A stretch of 64,000 nt of DNA from Candidatus Omnitrophota bacterium (GCA_029560465.1 JAKQKX010000016.1:206221-270220); one strand, 5' to 3'. Numbered from the stretch's first letter, positions 46,334-56,026 are shown. Numbers and translations are program-made. Notes: generated by a model not told the origin, from the sequence alone.

Positions 46334-47827
46334 TTGAGCCCTATGTTGCGAGGTCAATTTATACAATCCGCCTTTAACGGCGGAAAAGCTGTTGTGCCGT
46401 TGTTTTTCTGTTGCTTCCTCTTCGGAGGGGGCTGGGCGCAGCCGCTTTCCTGGGCCCAGGATGTTTTGGACCCTCCCTCCGGGCAGAACGCTGCCCGGGG
46501 CGGGGCCCAACAGTTTTTTACTTACGGCCCTCAGGGAAAGGAAGGCTCCGCCGCGTTGGTCCCCAACGAGGCGCTCCGGGAAGGGATATTCTTAAAGCGC
46601 AGCCAGCATTCCGGCCAGTTAACTAAAAAGGCGATCCAACTCATGCAACAGGGCGACCTTGAAGCCGGCCGGCAGGTCCTTTGGGATGCGCTTGCATACG
46701 CGCCCAATAATTCCATGGCGCACTCTTTGCTAGCCCAGATTTATTTTTGGCGGGGGCAGGACAATGAGGCCCTTGCCATCCTGGAACAGGCCGGGCGGTA
46801 TCAGGTCAAGGGAGACCTTATATACGGATTTTTAGACCGGGCCTTGTCTTTCTTTCGGCAAAAGAACCGGAACACGCCGGAGCTTCCGCTCGTGTCCGTC
46901 GCGCGCTATAAAGGGAACAAACAATGCGCGATTTCCTTTAATTTTGACGACGGATCCAAGACCGTCTACACCAAGGTGTTGCCGGTTTTTGACAGGTACG
47001 GCTATAAAGCGACGGTGCTGATTAACCCGGGATGGACCGCGGACCAGCCGGGCAACCCCTATTACGGCAGTTGGGAGGAATGGAAAGATGCTTCGGAGCG
47101 CGGGCATGAGATCGGGAACCACTCCATGAATCATCGTTATTTGATGCAGGTGCCGGATGATGTTTTTGACAGCGAGATTCATGAAAGCTATTATTTGATT
47201 TCGGAAAAGATCGGAACGCCTCCACGGTCTTTCGCGTTCCCGTTTGACCAGTCAACTCCAGAGATGATCAGCAAAGTCAGCGAGTTTCACCCCGCTATCC
47301 GTGACCGGGAGTACTTGTCGCGGCTTTCTGATAATCTTTTCTTGCCGGTTTACGGGGGCGATAAATTTTCCGCTGCCGTCGGCCGGAAACTTATTGATTT
47401 GGTGTTGGTCAAGCGCCTCTGGGTGGTGGCTGAATGCCACGCCATGCAGACTGAAGAGGTCATGACATTCAAGCCGATCACCGAGGAATTCCTGGAAGAC
47501 CATTTGGCGTATATTAAAGAGAATGAAGAACAGATATGGGTGGACACGTTCGCCAACACCTATAGTTATATAGCGGAACGCCAGGCCAGCCGTTTCAATA
47601 TCCTGGAGTCCGGAGACGGGCGCCTTGTTTTTGTCCTGGATCACGATTTGGACAAGTCATTTTATCAGGTGCCGCTGACCGTTGTCGTGAATGTTTCTCC
47701 CCAAGCGCCGTCCTCGGCCGGGGCTCAGAGGGAGGATGGACGGGCTTTATCCGTCGCTATCCGTGGGGCATGTCTCATCCTCGATGTTCTCCCGGGGCCT
47801 GAACCGGTCACGGTTTTCTGGGATTAG
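46334..47827 (+). CDS. TPR-containing polysaccharide deacetylase (CE4/NodB); start uncertain
   Basis: Signal-like N-terminus, TPR helices, SFNFDDG, HEIGNHSMNH, FAFPF motifs. Confidence 0.85.
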   Translation: MSPMLRGQFIQSAFNGGKAVVPLFFCCFLFGGGWAQPLSWAQDVLDPPSGQNAARGGAQQFFTYGPQGKEGSAALVPNEALREGIFLKRSQHSGQLTKKAIQLMQQGDLEAGRQVLWDALAYAPNNSMAHSLLAQIYFWRGQDNEALAILEQAGRYQVKGDLIYGFLDRALSFFRQKNRNTPELPLVSVARYKGNKQCAISFNFDDGSKTVYTKVLPVFDRYGYKATVLINPGWTADQPGNPYYGSWEEWKDASERGHEIGNHSMNHRYLMQVPDDVFDSEIHESYYLISEKIGTPPRSFAFPFDQSTPEMISKVSEFHPAIRDREYLSRLSDNLFLPVYGGDKFSAAVGRKLIDLVLVKRLWVVAECHAMQTEEVMTFKPITEEFLEDHLAYIKENEEQIWVDTFANTYSYIAERQASRFNILESGDGRLVFVLDHDLDKSFYQVPLTVVVNVSPQAPSSAGAQREDGRALSVAIRGACLILDVLPGPEPVTVFWD

Positions 47828-47883
47828 GCGGGGCGTGCGGTGAAGGTTTTAAGGACGCCTTTCCCTGGAAATTGTGAAATGGG

Positions 47884-47912
47884 TTGAAAAGTCCGGGGCA
47901 TTTCAGTAGTCT
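47884..47912 (+). promoter_or_regulatory. Putative promoter
   Basis: TTGAAA (47884-47889) - 17 nt - TAGTCT (47907-47912). Confidence 0.5.
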
Positions 47913-47953
47913 ATGTAAGAGGCATCTGTGAGATAAGGTTAAGGAGGTCTTCC

Positions 47954-48277
47954 ATGTTTATGAGTGAGGATAAAGTTAAAGCGTTGCTCCAGGACATTAT
48001 CAAGGAGGCGAACCTTAAACGCACGCTGACCGAAGTGATGTTCCGGGAGGATTACCAGGATTACCGAGTTATTCTGGATGATGTGTGCCGGTGTGAAATC
48101 AGAGAAAAACTTGTGCAGGATTATATTGAATTTCATCATAAGGACACTTTTAATGAAATGTGCTATCTGATGGAACACGCAATCGTTGATGAGGAATTGC
48201 AGTATGAAAAGGACCTTTCCAGCGGGGGAGGCCCGGATGGAGTTGTGACGGACGATAATAAATATGATTTTTTATAA
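47954..48277 (+). CDS. Small acidic hypothetical protein
   Basis: Perfect SD TAAGGAGGT upstream; fills the intergenic space. Confidence 0.8.
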   Translation: MFMSEDKVKALLQDIIKEANLKRTLTEVMFREDYQDYRVILDDVCRCEIREKLVQDYIEFHHKDTFNEMCYLMEHAIVDEELQYEKDLSSGGGPDGVVTDDNKYDFL

Positions 48278-48306
48278 ACCGCTGTTTTCCGCCCGGCGAA
48301 AGGGCC

Positions 48307-48513
48307 ATGATTGCGCTTATGCCTAAGAAGAAAAAAAAGGTCATCTGGCACAAGAAACAATCCCGGTTTATCCCCTCCGCCTCCCTGAAAGGGCAGCATC
48401 CCGCTCCCGGAGGTGGGGGGCCAGCGTTACCGGCGGGGTCCTCCGCGCGCGGGAAGGGAGATTTTAAACAGAGCCTTGTTGAAAAGATCAGGCGGGCCGC
48501 GCAGAATGGCTGA
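48307..48513 (+). CDS. Small basic hypothetical protein
   Basis: Fills the gap between genes; its stop overlaps ATG 48506 of the next gene; Lys-rich N-terminus (alternative start 48319). Confidence 0.5.
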   Translation: MIALMPKKKKKVIWHKKQSRFIPSASLKGQHPAPGGGGPALPAGSSARGKGDFKQSLVEKIRRAAQNG

Positions 48514-50014
48514 GCCCAGCGCCCGACGTGCGTTCCTTCGGGGTGTGTTAATAATAGCCGGCGCGGCCACGTTCTTCTGGCATAGTGTTACTCTTCATCC
48601 CGGGCATAACTGGGGCGGAGACTTCGCGCAATACATTTTGCACTCGCGCAACATCCTCACCGGAGAAGAATATTCTGCAGGCATCATGATGGATAACCCG
48701 GTTTTGTTCCCTCCCGGATTTCCCCTTTTGTTGGCCCCTCTTTTACGTTTTTTCGGGATGAATTTTAAAATATTGAAAATATGGAATATCGTATTTTGGT
48801 ACGGGACGTTAGTTTTTCTTTACACGCAGTTCCGCAGGAGTTTCGGCGAAGTCCTCGCGGGGTTAAGCGTATTGTTTTTTTCGGTTAACGCGTATTTTTT
48901 TTCTTTCAAACAGAATGTCTTGTCTGATATCCCCTTCGTCTTTTTTGTGTGGGCGTCGCTGGCCGCTGTTGCTTCTTATGAAAGGCATCGGGTGGCGGGG
49001 CGTAAATGGAAAGCCATGCTTACGTTCACGCTGGCGGTGAGCCTGACGCTTGTCGCGTTTTGCGTCCGGGCCGCCGGGGCCGCGTTGGTCGTCGCGGTTA
49101 TTTATTACCTCGCGGTGATCCGTAAGGAGTTTCTTAGGGCCGGGATCCTTGGGGCCGCTTTTCTGCTCTGTATTTTTGTTTTGGCCGGCACAATCGGTTC
49201 TCTCCCGGGGGATATCCGGCTTCTCGGGGAGCAACCGGCGGCTGCGGTTCGGGCGGTGATGGCTAATTTTTCTTTAATAACCAGAAGCCTGTGGATAGCC
49301 TGCTTTCCCATTGAGACCAGATTCATGCGGGCTCTTTATCAAGGGATGGCCCCTTTGTTAGACGCCGCGGCCGGGGTGTTTTATGCCGGCCTTTGTGTTT
49401 TTTTCGTCAGGAAATCTTTTGCAAAAACCCTGACGCTCCCGGAAACGTTTTTTGTTTTCTACTGTGGGATACTTTTTGTTTTGTCGGCGTTCGATAACAC
49501 GCCGTGGGAATTTATACGCTTCCTTTTGCCTGTTTGGGGATTTATGATTTATTTTATGATCCAAGGGGCGGTCAGGGTTGGCGCGGGGGGAAGCCCCGGA
49601 AAGGCCCTCCGGGGAGCTCCTGTGCGGGTTGTGAAAGCCGGGCTTGTTGTGATGATTTTGGTCAATATCGGAACGCTCGCGGTGGCACCCCCGCCTCAAG
49701 AGGATGTCCTTTTCAGACAAGAGAACAAGGAATTATTTTCCTGGGTCCGGGAGAACCTCACTCCGGAAGAGCATTATATTTTTTGGCATCCGCGGACCCT
49801 GGCCCTGATGACAGGACGCGTCGGGACTGACCGCTGGAACCATCCGTCCCAGCAGGGGCAGCTGGTTCAGCGTATCGTACGGATGGATATCCGGTTCCTG
49901 TTTTTGGACAGGATGGTAGACGCGGATTTGCTGGCCGCCGTGGATGCCGGATGCCTTCCCGCCGATGAAATATGGCAAAACAACCAGTACCGCGTTTTCC
50001 GAATGAAGAGGTGA
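48506..50014 (+). CDS. GT-C-type (ArnT/PMT-like) polytopic membrane glycosyltransferase
   Basis: WGGDFAQY loop after the first TM, FPPGFPLLL, LSDIPF, RFLLP motifs; 10 or more TMs. Confidence 0.75.
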   Translation: MAEPSARRAFLRGVLIIAGAATFFWHSVTLHPGHNWGGDFAQYILHSRNILTGEEYSAGIMMDNPVLFPPGFPLLLAPLLRFFGMNFKILKIWNIVFWYGTLVFLYTQFRRSFGEVLAGLSVLFFSVNAYFFSFKQNVLSDIPFVFFVWASLAAVASYERHRVAGRKWKAMLTFTLAVSLTLVAFCVRAAGAALVVAVIYYLAVIRKEFLRAGILGAAFLLCIFVLAGTIGSLPGDIRLLGEQPAAAVRAVMANFSLITRSLWIACFPIETRFMRALYQGMAPLLDAAAGVFYAGLCVFFVRKSFAKTLTLPETFFVFYCGILFVLSAFDNTPWEFIRFLLPVWGFMIYFMIQGAVRVGAGGSPGKALRGAPVRVVKAGLVVMILVNIGTLAVAPPPQEDVLFRQENKELFSWVRENLTPEEHYIFWHPRTLALMTGRVGTDRWNHPSQQGQLVQRIVRMDIRFLFLDRMVDADLLAAVDAGCLPADEIWQNNQYRVFRMKR

Positions 50015-50104
50015 TTTTCGGGTATATCTTGGCTATGCTACAATAAAATAAGAGGGGAAGAAGGATGTTGGCTCTCTTTGGAATTATTTTAAGGGGAGGC
50101 TGGG

Positions 50105-50749
50105 ATGCGGGTTATTAAACAATCCGGCCGGGTTCCGAACCGGGCTGGGCAGTTGAGTGTTGAGAAAGTGGCGGTGTTGGTTTTGGCTCTGCTTCTCTTG
50201 GCGGTGGCTTGGTATCGGTTTCAACCGGTTAAGTTTAAAGACGGGCCTGTGGCGCCGGATTTCCCGCGGCAGCGGATGTTTGAGTCACCCTCGTTTGAAC
50301 ACATGGGGTATACGGTGACCCCGGTGGCGTCCTTTGAATTGGAAGCGCTGGTTTTGGGGGCTAAACATTATAACTGGGGCCGGACCGGCCGTTTGGTTCC
50401 CGTTGACCTCGCTTTGGGGTGGGGGCCGATGTCTGACGGCAAGGTTGTTCGTAAAATCGGGATTCATCAATATAACCGTTTTTATCATTGGTGGACGCGG
50501 GACTCGATTATTCAACGCCGGGAGATTGAAATCAACAGCGCGAACATGCATCTTATCCCGGCCCGGGAAGACGTGGCCAGGGAAATGAAGAAGGCCAAGC
50601 GGGGCCAGGTGGTTTCCATCGAAGGGCTTCTCGTTAACGTGTCGGGTGCTGATGGGTGGCGCTGGAATACGTCCCAGACAAGGGAAGATATTGGGTGGGG
50701 GGCGTGTGAGTTGATATGGGTGGAAAATTTTTCCGCGCGCACTCCGTAA
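50105..50749 (+). CDS. Conserved hypothetical membrane-anchored protein
   Basis: One TM; PVDLALGWGPMSD, SANMHLIPA, GACELIWVE motifs recalled from an uncharacterised family; SD GGAGG. Confidence 0.8.
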   Translation: MRVIKQSGRVPNRAGQLSVEKVAVLVLALLLLAVAWYRFQPVKFKDGPVAPDFPRQRMFESPSFEHMGYTVTPVASFELEALVLGAKHYNWGRTGRLVPVDLALGWGPMSDGKVVRKIGIHQYNRFYHWWTRDSIIQRREIEINSANMHLIPAREDVAREMKKAKRGQVVSIEGLLVNVSGADGWRWNTSQTREDIGWGACELIWVENFSARTP

Positions 50750-50797
50750 TCAAGGATGGGGGCTGCGGGTTGGGGATCAAGCCAGGCAAGGAACTGG

Positions 50798-52234
50798 TTA
50801 CTGTTTGGGCAGGAAGGGGAGGGTGGATAACGTCGCGCTGTTTTCCTTCCACCAGGATTGGAGGCCGTTGACAAGTTGTTCCCAGAGGTAAGACTGCCAG
50901 CGTTCTTTGAACGCCAGTTTTTGCACCAAGGTGTCTTGGTTATAAATTTCTTCTGTTTTGATGAACCCGTTTTTATAATACGTCCGCACAAGGCCATGCA
51001 GTTTCCCTCCCAGGAAAGCGCCTTCCTGCAGAAGAGAGCCTTCTTCGTAATACATCTTAAACAGGCCGTCCAGTTGTCCGTCTTGAAACGTGAACTGCAC
51101 CTTGGGGGAGCCTTGGGGATAGTACTCCCACACAACGCCCTCGATTTTATCCTGTTCGTAGACTTTGACGTAATGAGTATAACCATCGGTGTAATATTCT
51201 TTTACAACACCCTGTAGCAGATCGGTTTTGTATGTGCCCTCCCGTTTTATCACGCCCGATCCGAAATATTCTTTAAAGGGGCCTTCTAGGTGGCCGTTTG
51301 TGTAATTCGCTTCTCTGAGCAGTTGCCCTTTCTCATCATATTCCAGCATCACTCCGTTTAAGACTCCTTCGGCGTAGTTGAGGTAGAGCTTGAGCTTGCC
51401 GTTGGGGTAATAAAACTTTCTCTCTCCATGAATTTGGTTGTCTTTCACAAGGGTTTCTTCTTTGGCCGTGAAATTTTTATGGTAGATCCTGTACCCCATC
51501 AAATTCCCTTCCGAGTAGTGCATCTGCATGTAGATTTGCCCGGAATCGTCAACGACCTTGGCCGCCCCTTCCAGGACGTTTTGGTTGTAATTATAAAAAT
51601 CAATGTCCCCGCTGTGATAATAACGGTTTTCGGAACCGCTTTTTTGCCCGTTTTTATAGCGGACTTTGAGCTTGGGGGATCCGTCCCGGAAATATTCCAT
51701 GTAGACGCCATTCAGTTTTCCAAGGTTGTAAAACCCTTCGGTCTTCAGGTTGCCGTTATCATAATATTCTTTGTAACTGCCGAAGATTTGCCCGTTTTTA
51801 TAATCATTTTCAATTTTTTTGGAGCCGTTTTCATAAAATTCTTTATAAGGCCCGTCGAGAGTCCCGTTCTTATATTCCGCCAGCAACGTGATCTGACCGT
51901 CGGGCAGCGCTTTTTTAATGACGCCGTGCAGAATGTCGTTTTGATATTCCACCGACTCTTTGATTTGCCCGTTTTCGTAATATTCGTTAAAACGGCCATT
52001 TTTCTTCCCTAGCGTGTAATGGGCGACGGTTTTCTGATTGCCATTTTCGTAGAATTCGACGAATTGCCCGTCTGGTTTTCCGTCCGTGTATTTTCCTCTT
52101 TTCCGGACCTCTCCGTTATTGAAGTACAGCGTGAACCACCCATCGGAAGGAGGCGGATCCTGTCCCGGCGAGGGACAGGGGAAGGAAACGAGAAGGCAGG
52201 CCGTGAAGAATATGATTTTAGCTGTGTGTTTCAT
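50798..52234 (-). CDS. Secreted MORN-variant/YwqK-like repeat protein
   Basis: Signal peptide followed by many repeats of about 24 aa of the form (Y/F)YENGxxKxExxYxNGxxxG. Confidence 0.9.
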   Translation of the reverse strand: MKHTAKIIFFTACLLVSFPCPSPGQDPPPSDGWFTLYFNNGEVRKRGKYTDGKPDGQFVEFYENGNQKTVAHYTLGKKNGRFNEYYENGQIKESVEYQNDILHGVIKKALPDGQITLLAEYKNGTLDGPYKEFYENGSKKIENDYKNGQIFGSYKEYYDNGNLKTEGFYNLGKLNGVYMEYFRDGSPKLKVRYKNGQKSGSENRYYHSGDIDFYNYNQNVLEGAAKVVDDSGQIYMQMHYSEGNLMGYRIYHKNFTAKEETLVKDNQIHGERKFYYPNGKLKLYLNYAEGVLNGVMLEYDEKGQLLREANYTNGHLEGPFKEYFGSGVIKREGTYKTDLLQGVVKEYYTDGYTHYVKVYEQDKIEGVVWEYYPQGSPKVQFTFQDGQLDGLFKMYYEEGSLLQEGAFLGGKLHGLVRTYYKNGFIKTEEIYNQDTLVQKLAFKERWQSYLWEQLVNGLQSWWKENSATLSTLPFLPKQ

Positions 52235-53790
52235 GATTTTTTATTTTTCCGGCCGGGCAAAAATTCGTTCGCGGTTTCATTCCCAAGGATATTCATGCCC
52301 TGGAATTCTTTGAGCAGATGGTAAAATTCTTTATAATAACGGTTGATATGGCGGAAGTATTGATAAATAAGAGATATTTTAAGCTCGAGGGGTTCAATTT
52401 CGGTTAAAATTTCTTTTATAAGAGTGTCCTGCTCGGCCTGGTCGGGCGTGTCTTGGAAAGATTCCCGTAGCATGGCGTGGAATTGCCGGAAAATATTTGC
52501 TTCACTGAAAGGCATGTGGCTGAAGGTTTCCCTGAAATATTGTTCAACTTTTTCTTTTTTAATCAGGGCGCACTTAAGGTCTTCGGGGTTGTAATGCTTT
52601 TGCGTGATGACAGAGGCGCGCCGTATGCGGGCCGGTGTCAGGAAGTTGTCCAACTGAGCGAATTGACCCGAGATGATCTGGAGAAAGAATTTGTGGGGGA
52701 ACTGAAGGAAGTTCAGGATCCCCTGCTGCGCTTTGCCCCGTTGCAGCCTTAAAAGGGCGTTGTCCATCTGGGCAAAGGAGTCGGAAAAAATTTGGTAGCT
52801 GGGCTGGATGAATTCGCTGTAAAGTTTGTCCTGACCGGAGAACGGGGCCAGTTCAAACGCAATTAAAGACTTGAGTTCTTTGAGGTTCAGTATGTAAAGC
52901 AAGGGGAGCCCGATGCACAGGGAGCGCTGTTTGAGCAGGCCGTTAAATGTGTTGAGGTTGCTTTTTCGAACGATAATCTTGGGTTCGGCGTGCAGCACAA
53001 GAACCTCCGGCTCGGGAACCCGCAGCGCCACGCAGATTTCCTTGACAATTGCTTTGAGCGAGGAGTTCATCTCCGGGTCAATGAGGAGCCCGGGCTGAAT
53101 AGGGGGCTCCAGAATAAATGTCGTGTGTATGGCCTGAAATGTGATGAGGACACATACGGTCTGGATTGCGATCAGGAGGATCCAGATAATTTGGGGCATA
53201 GAGGTGGCGTTCAGCCCCAGGAACAGCAGCCAGAAGGCCAGGCACAGGGGGGAAAGGATGAATATGATAAAACTTAAATAGATCATGGGGAAAGAGAGGA
53301 TTGAAAACACAAAAAGGAATATCGAAATTTTTTGCGGTTGTGCGGTCATGTTTATCTTCAGGGATGACTCCGGGAGGTCCTCTTCCTGTTCGGATCGGGA
53401 AGACATGGACACATAAAGGCCGAGGAACGCCCCGATGGCGGTCATGCAGAGGCGCATCGTGCTTTCGGTGAGTTCAAGCAGCTCCTGGGTATTGCGGAAG
53501 ATGTCGAAATAAAGAATGGCCAGGAACAATAAACTGATAAAGGATGTCCCGGCTAAGACTTTCATCTTTTTCCTGACAAACAAAAGGCTCAGCCAGATTG
53601 CGGCACAAACAGAAACCGTGTCGACTAAAATAAATTCGAGCCCGGAGATGTCTTCCATCCCCATCCAGCTAACGAAATTATCCAGCGTGTTCACGAAAAA
53701 AAGATACGTGATGGCAAAAAAACTGGCGGAGAAAGCCAGGGAAAGGAAATCCCCAAAAGTAAGTTGTACGTCTTCCCGAGGTTTTGTCAT
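52231..53790 (-). CDS. Membrane protein with degenerate M48-peptidase-like domain
   Basis: About six N-terminal TMs; IGLPLL...ELKSLIAFELAPFSGQD aligns by eye with M48 ELxAVLAHELAHF but lacks both His. Confidence 0.7.
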   Translation of the reverse strand: MTKPREDVQLTFGDFLSLAFSASFFAITYLFFVNTLDNFVSWMGMEDISGLEFILVDTVSVCAAIWLSLLFVRKKMKVLAGTSFISLLFLAILYFDIFRNTQELLELTESTMRLCMTAIGAFLGLYVSMSSRSEQEEDLPESSLKINMTAQPQKISIFLFVFSILSFPMIYLSFIIFILSPLCLAFWLLFLGLNATSMPQIIWILLIAIQTVCVLITFQAIHTTFILEPPIQPGLLIDPEMNSSLKAIVKEICVALRVPEPEVLVLHAEPKIIVRKSNLNTFNGLLKQRSLCIGLPLLYILNLKELKSLIAFELAPFSGQDKLYSEFIQPSYQIFSDSFAQMDNALLRLQRGKAQQGILNFLQFPHKFFLQIISGQFAQLDNFLTPARIRRASVITQKHYNPEDLKCALIKKEKVEQYFRETFSHMPFSEANIFRQFHAMLRESFQDTPDQAEQDTLIKEILTEIEPLELKISLIYQYFRHINRYYKEFYHLLKEFQGMNILGNETANEFLPGRKNKKS

Positions 53791-54041
53791 ATGCGAGGAC
53801 TGTTTGGGAACTATTTATATCCTAAATTCTAAAAGCTTGTTATAATATAACCTCTTGTTTTTTATGGAACACGCGCAAGAGGCCCGCGCCTGAAAGCGTT
53901 AATGCGTATATTATACAATAAGAATGAGATTTTTGTACCAGGTTTATTGGAGTGTTTTTCCTTGACCTTGCCTCGGAGGGAGGGCTTCTTGCGGCTCACT
54001 GGCAGAGGAGACCCCGGCCCGGTTAATTCTAAATTAATATT

Positions 54042-54800
54042 ATGAAACGATCCCGGTCCCATATGTCTCGCACAGGGCAGGTTATCTCTTCGAAAATCGG
54101 GCAGGCGATCGGGGATTACAACCTTGTTGAAGAAGGGGATAAGATCCTGGTCGCAGTTTCTGGAGGGAAAGACAGCCTGACGCTTCTTCACCTCCTGGAA
54201 GCCCGGAGAGGATGGTCTCCGGTTTATTTTGAGATCAAGGCCGCGCATATAGAAACGGATATGGCCTGCAGCACGGCGGTGCCGAAATCTCCGCTGGAGG
54301 AGATGTTCCGGGCCCTGGGTGTCCCGTATTATTTCCGTGCCATGAAGGTTTTGGACGATCAGGCGCGGACAACCTGTTTCTGGTGTTCCTGGAACCGGCG
54401 TAAAATGCTTTTTAACCTCGCCGCTGAAACGGGGTGCAACAAGGTGGCTCTGGGGCATCATAAGGATGACATTATTGAAACGATTTTGTTAAACCTTTTT
54501 TATAAAGGAGAAGTTTCCACGATGCAGCCACGGCAAGAGATGTTTAAGGGGCAGTGCGTGATCATCCGCCCTTTATGCTATGTCGAAGAACGGATGACCC
54601 ACCGGTTCGCGCAGGAAAGCGGATTTCCTATGCAGACCCAACACTGTCCTTTTGGCGAAGACACGCAAAGGCGGCGGATGAAGGAGATGATTTGTCAACT
54701 TCAGAAAGAAACGCCGGGCACGAATATTAAAACCAATATTTTTAACAGCGTGGCCAGGGTCAACACGGAATACATCGGTCTTAAGGAAGAGGCCCGTTGA
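54042..54800 (+). CDS. ttcA: TtcA-like tRNA 2-thiocytidine biosynthesis PP-loop protein
   Basis: SGGKDS PP-loop, CFWCSWNRR, ALGHHKDD, IRPL, CPF motifs. Confidence 0.85.
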   Translation: MKRSRSHMSRTGQVISSKIGQAIGDYNLVEEGDKILVAVSGGKDSLTLLHLLEARRGWSPVYFEIKAAHIETDMACSTAVPKSPLEEMFRALGVPYYFRAMKVLDDQARTTCFWCSWNRRKMLFNLAAETGCNKVALGHHKDDIIETILLNLFYKGEVSTMQPRQEMFKGQCVIIRPLCYVEERMTHRFAQESGFPMQTQHCPFGEDTQRRRMKEMICQLQKETPGTNIKTNIFNSVARVNTEYIGLKEEAR

Positions 54801-54900
54801 ACGCAGCCGCCCTTTTGTGCCTCTAGGGTGTTGGCCAGGAATAAAGGATGGGGAGGCGTGGGGCTGTTTAATATTAAACCATTGATTAAAGGGGTTGAGC

Positions 54901-55962
54901 ATGTCATCAAACCGGAATGCCTATGCGGTTATTTTAGCCGGCGGGTCGGGAACGCGTTTCTGGCCGCTGAGCCGTCCGCAAAAACCAAAACAGTTTTTGA
55001 ATATTTTGACCGCGAAGACACTGTTCCAAAAGACGGTGGAAAGGGTCCTTCCCCTTATCCCGGCGGAACGTATTTATATCGTGACCGGGGCGTCGTATAA
55101 AGAAACAGTGCGTCAGCAGATCCTGCCTTATAAGATCCCATCCCGGAATGTTTTCCTGGAGCCGGAGGGGAAAAATACCGCTCCGGCGATTTGCTGGGCG
55201 GCGGCGACGCTTTTTAGAAAGAACCCCATGGCGGTTTTGGCGGTTTTTCCTGCGGACCATTTGATCCTCAAGCCACGGGCTTTTTGCCGGCACCTGAAGG
55301 AGGCGTTCGCGCTGGCTGAACAGCAATATCTGGTGACCATGGGCATCGTTCCTCATCGCCCGGAAACCGGATATGGATATATGAAATGCAGGAAACAGCG
55401 TTTGGGGAAAACGACGGTTTGGGCCGTCGAGAAATTCGTGGAAAAACCGGACCTTAAGAAAGCGCGGCAATACCTTAAAGAGAAAACCTATTTGTGGAAT
55501 AGCGGGATTTTTATCTGGCGGGCGGATAATATATTGACAGAGTTTGCGGTCCATTTGCCGGAAGTTTATAACAGCCTGTTTGATCAGCCGTGTTCATCTG
55601 TGCGCGCGAACTGGTCGCGGCTGCCCAGCATTTCCGTGGATTATGCCATCCTGGAGAAGGCGGAGAACGTCATTTCTGTTCCGGCGGCTGATATGGGATG
55701 GTCTGATCTTGGGAGCTGGGAAGCCTTGTATGATGTCCTGCCTAAAGATAAAAATGGAAACCATTTGTCCGGGGATGTCATCGAACAGGAATGCCGGAAC
55801 GTTTTTATCCGCGCCGAAGGCCGCCCGGTGGCGGCGATTGGGTTGGAGGATATCGTGATTGTTTCGACGGGTGACGCTGTCCTGGTCTGCCGGAGGGACG
55901 ATTCGCAGAAGGTGCGCGTGGTCGCGGAGGCGTTTAAACAGCGCGGGAGGGGTGGTCGTTAG
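54901..55962 (+). CDS. manC: Mannose-1-phosphate guanylyltransferase
   Basis: LAGGSGTRFWPLSR...PKQF, EPEGKNTAPAI, PETGYGY, WNSGIF, WSDLGSW motifs; no C-terminal PMI cupin. Confidence 0.93.
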   Translation: MSSNRNAYAVILAGGSGTRFWPLSRPQKPKQFLNILTAKTLFQKTVERVLPLIPAERIYIVTGASYKETVRQQILPYKIPSRNVFLEPEGKNTAPAICWAAATLFRKNPMAVLAVFPADHLILKPRAFCRHLKEAFALAEQQYLVTMGIVPHRPETGYGYMKCRKQRLGKTTVWAVEKFVEKPDLKKARQYLKEKTYLWNSGIFIWRADNILTEFAVHLPEVYNSLFDQPCSSVRANWSRLPSISVDYAILEKAENVISVPAADMGWSDLGSWEALYDVLPKDKNGNHLSGDVIEQECRNVFIRAEGRPVAAIGLEDIVIVSTGDAVLVCRRDDSQKVRVVAEAFKQRGRGGR

Positions 55963-56026
55963 CCGGCTTTGCAAAGGGGCCTCCTGGAGCCTCGGGGTTT
56001 TGACCTGATCGGGGAAACATTTTTTC

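Noticed and set aside
50798-52234. Toxin-antitoxin system based on the YwqK label
   Set aside because: No toxin gene is adjacent and the repeat family is functionally generic.
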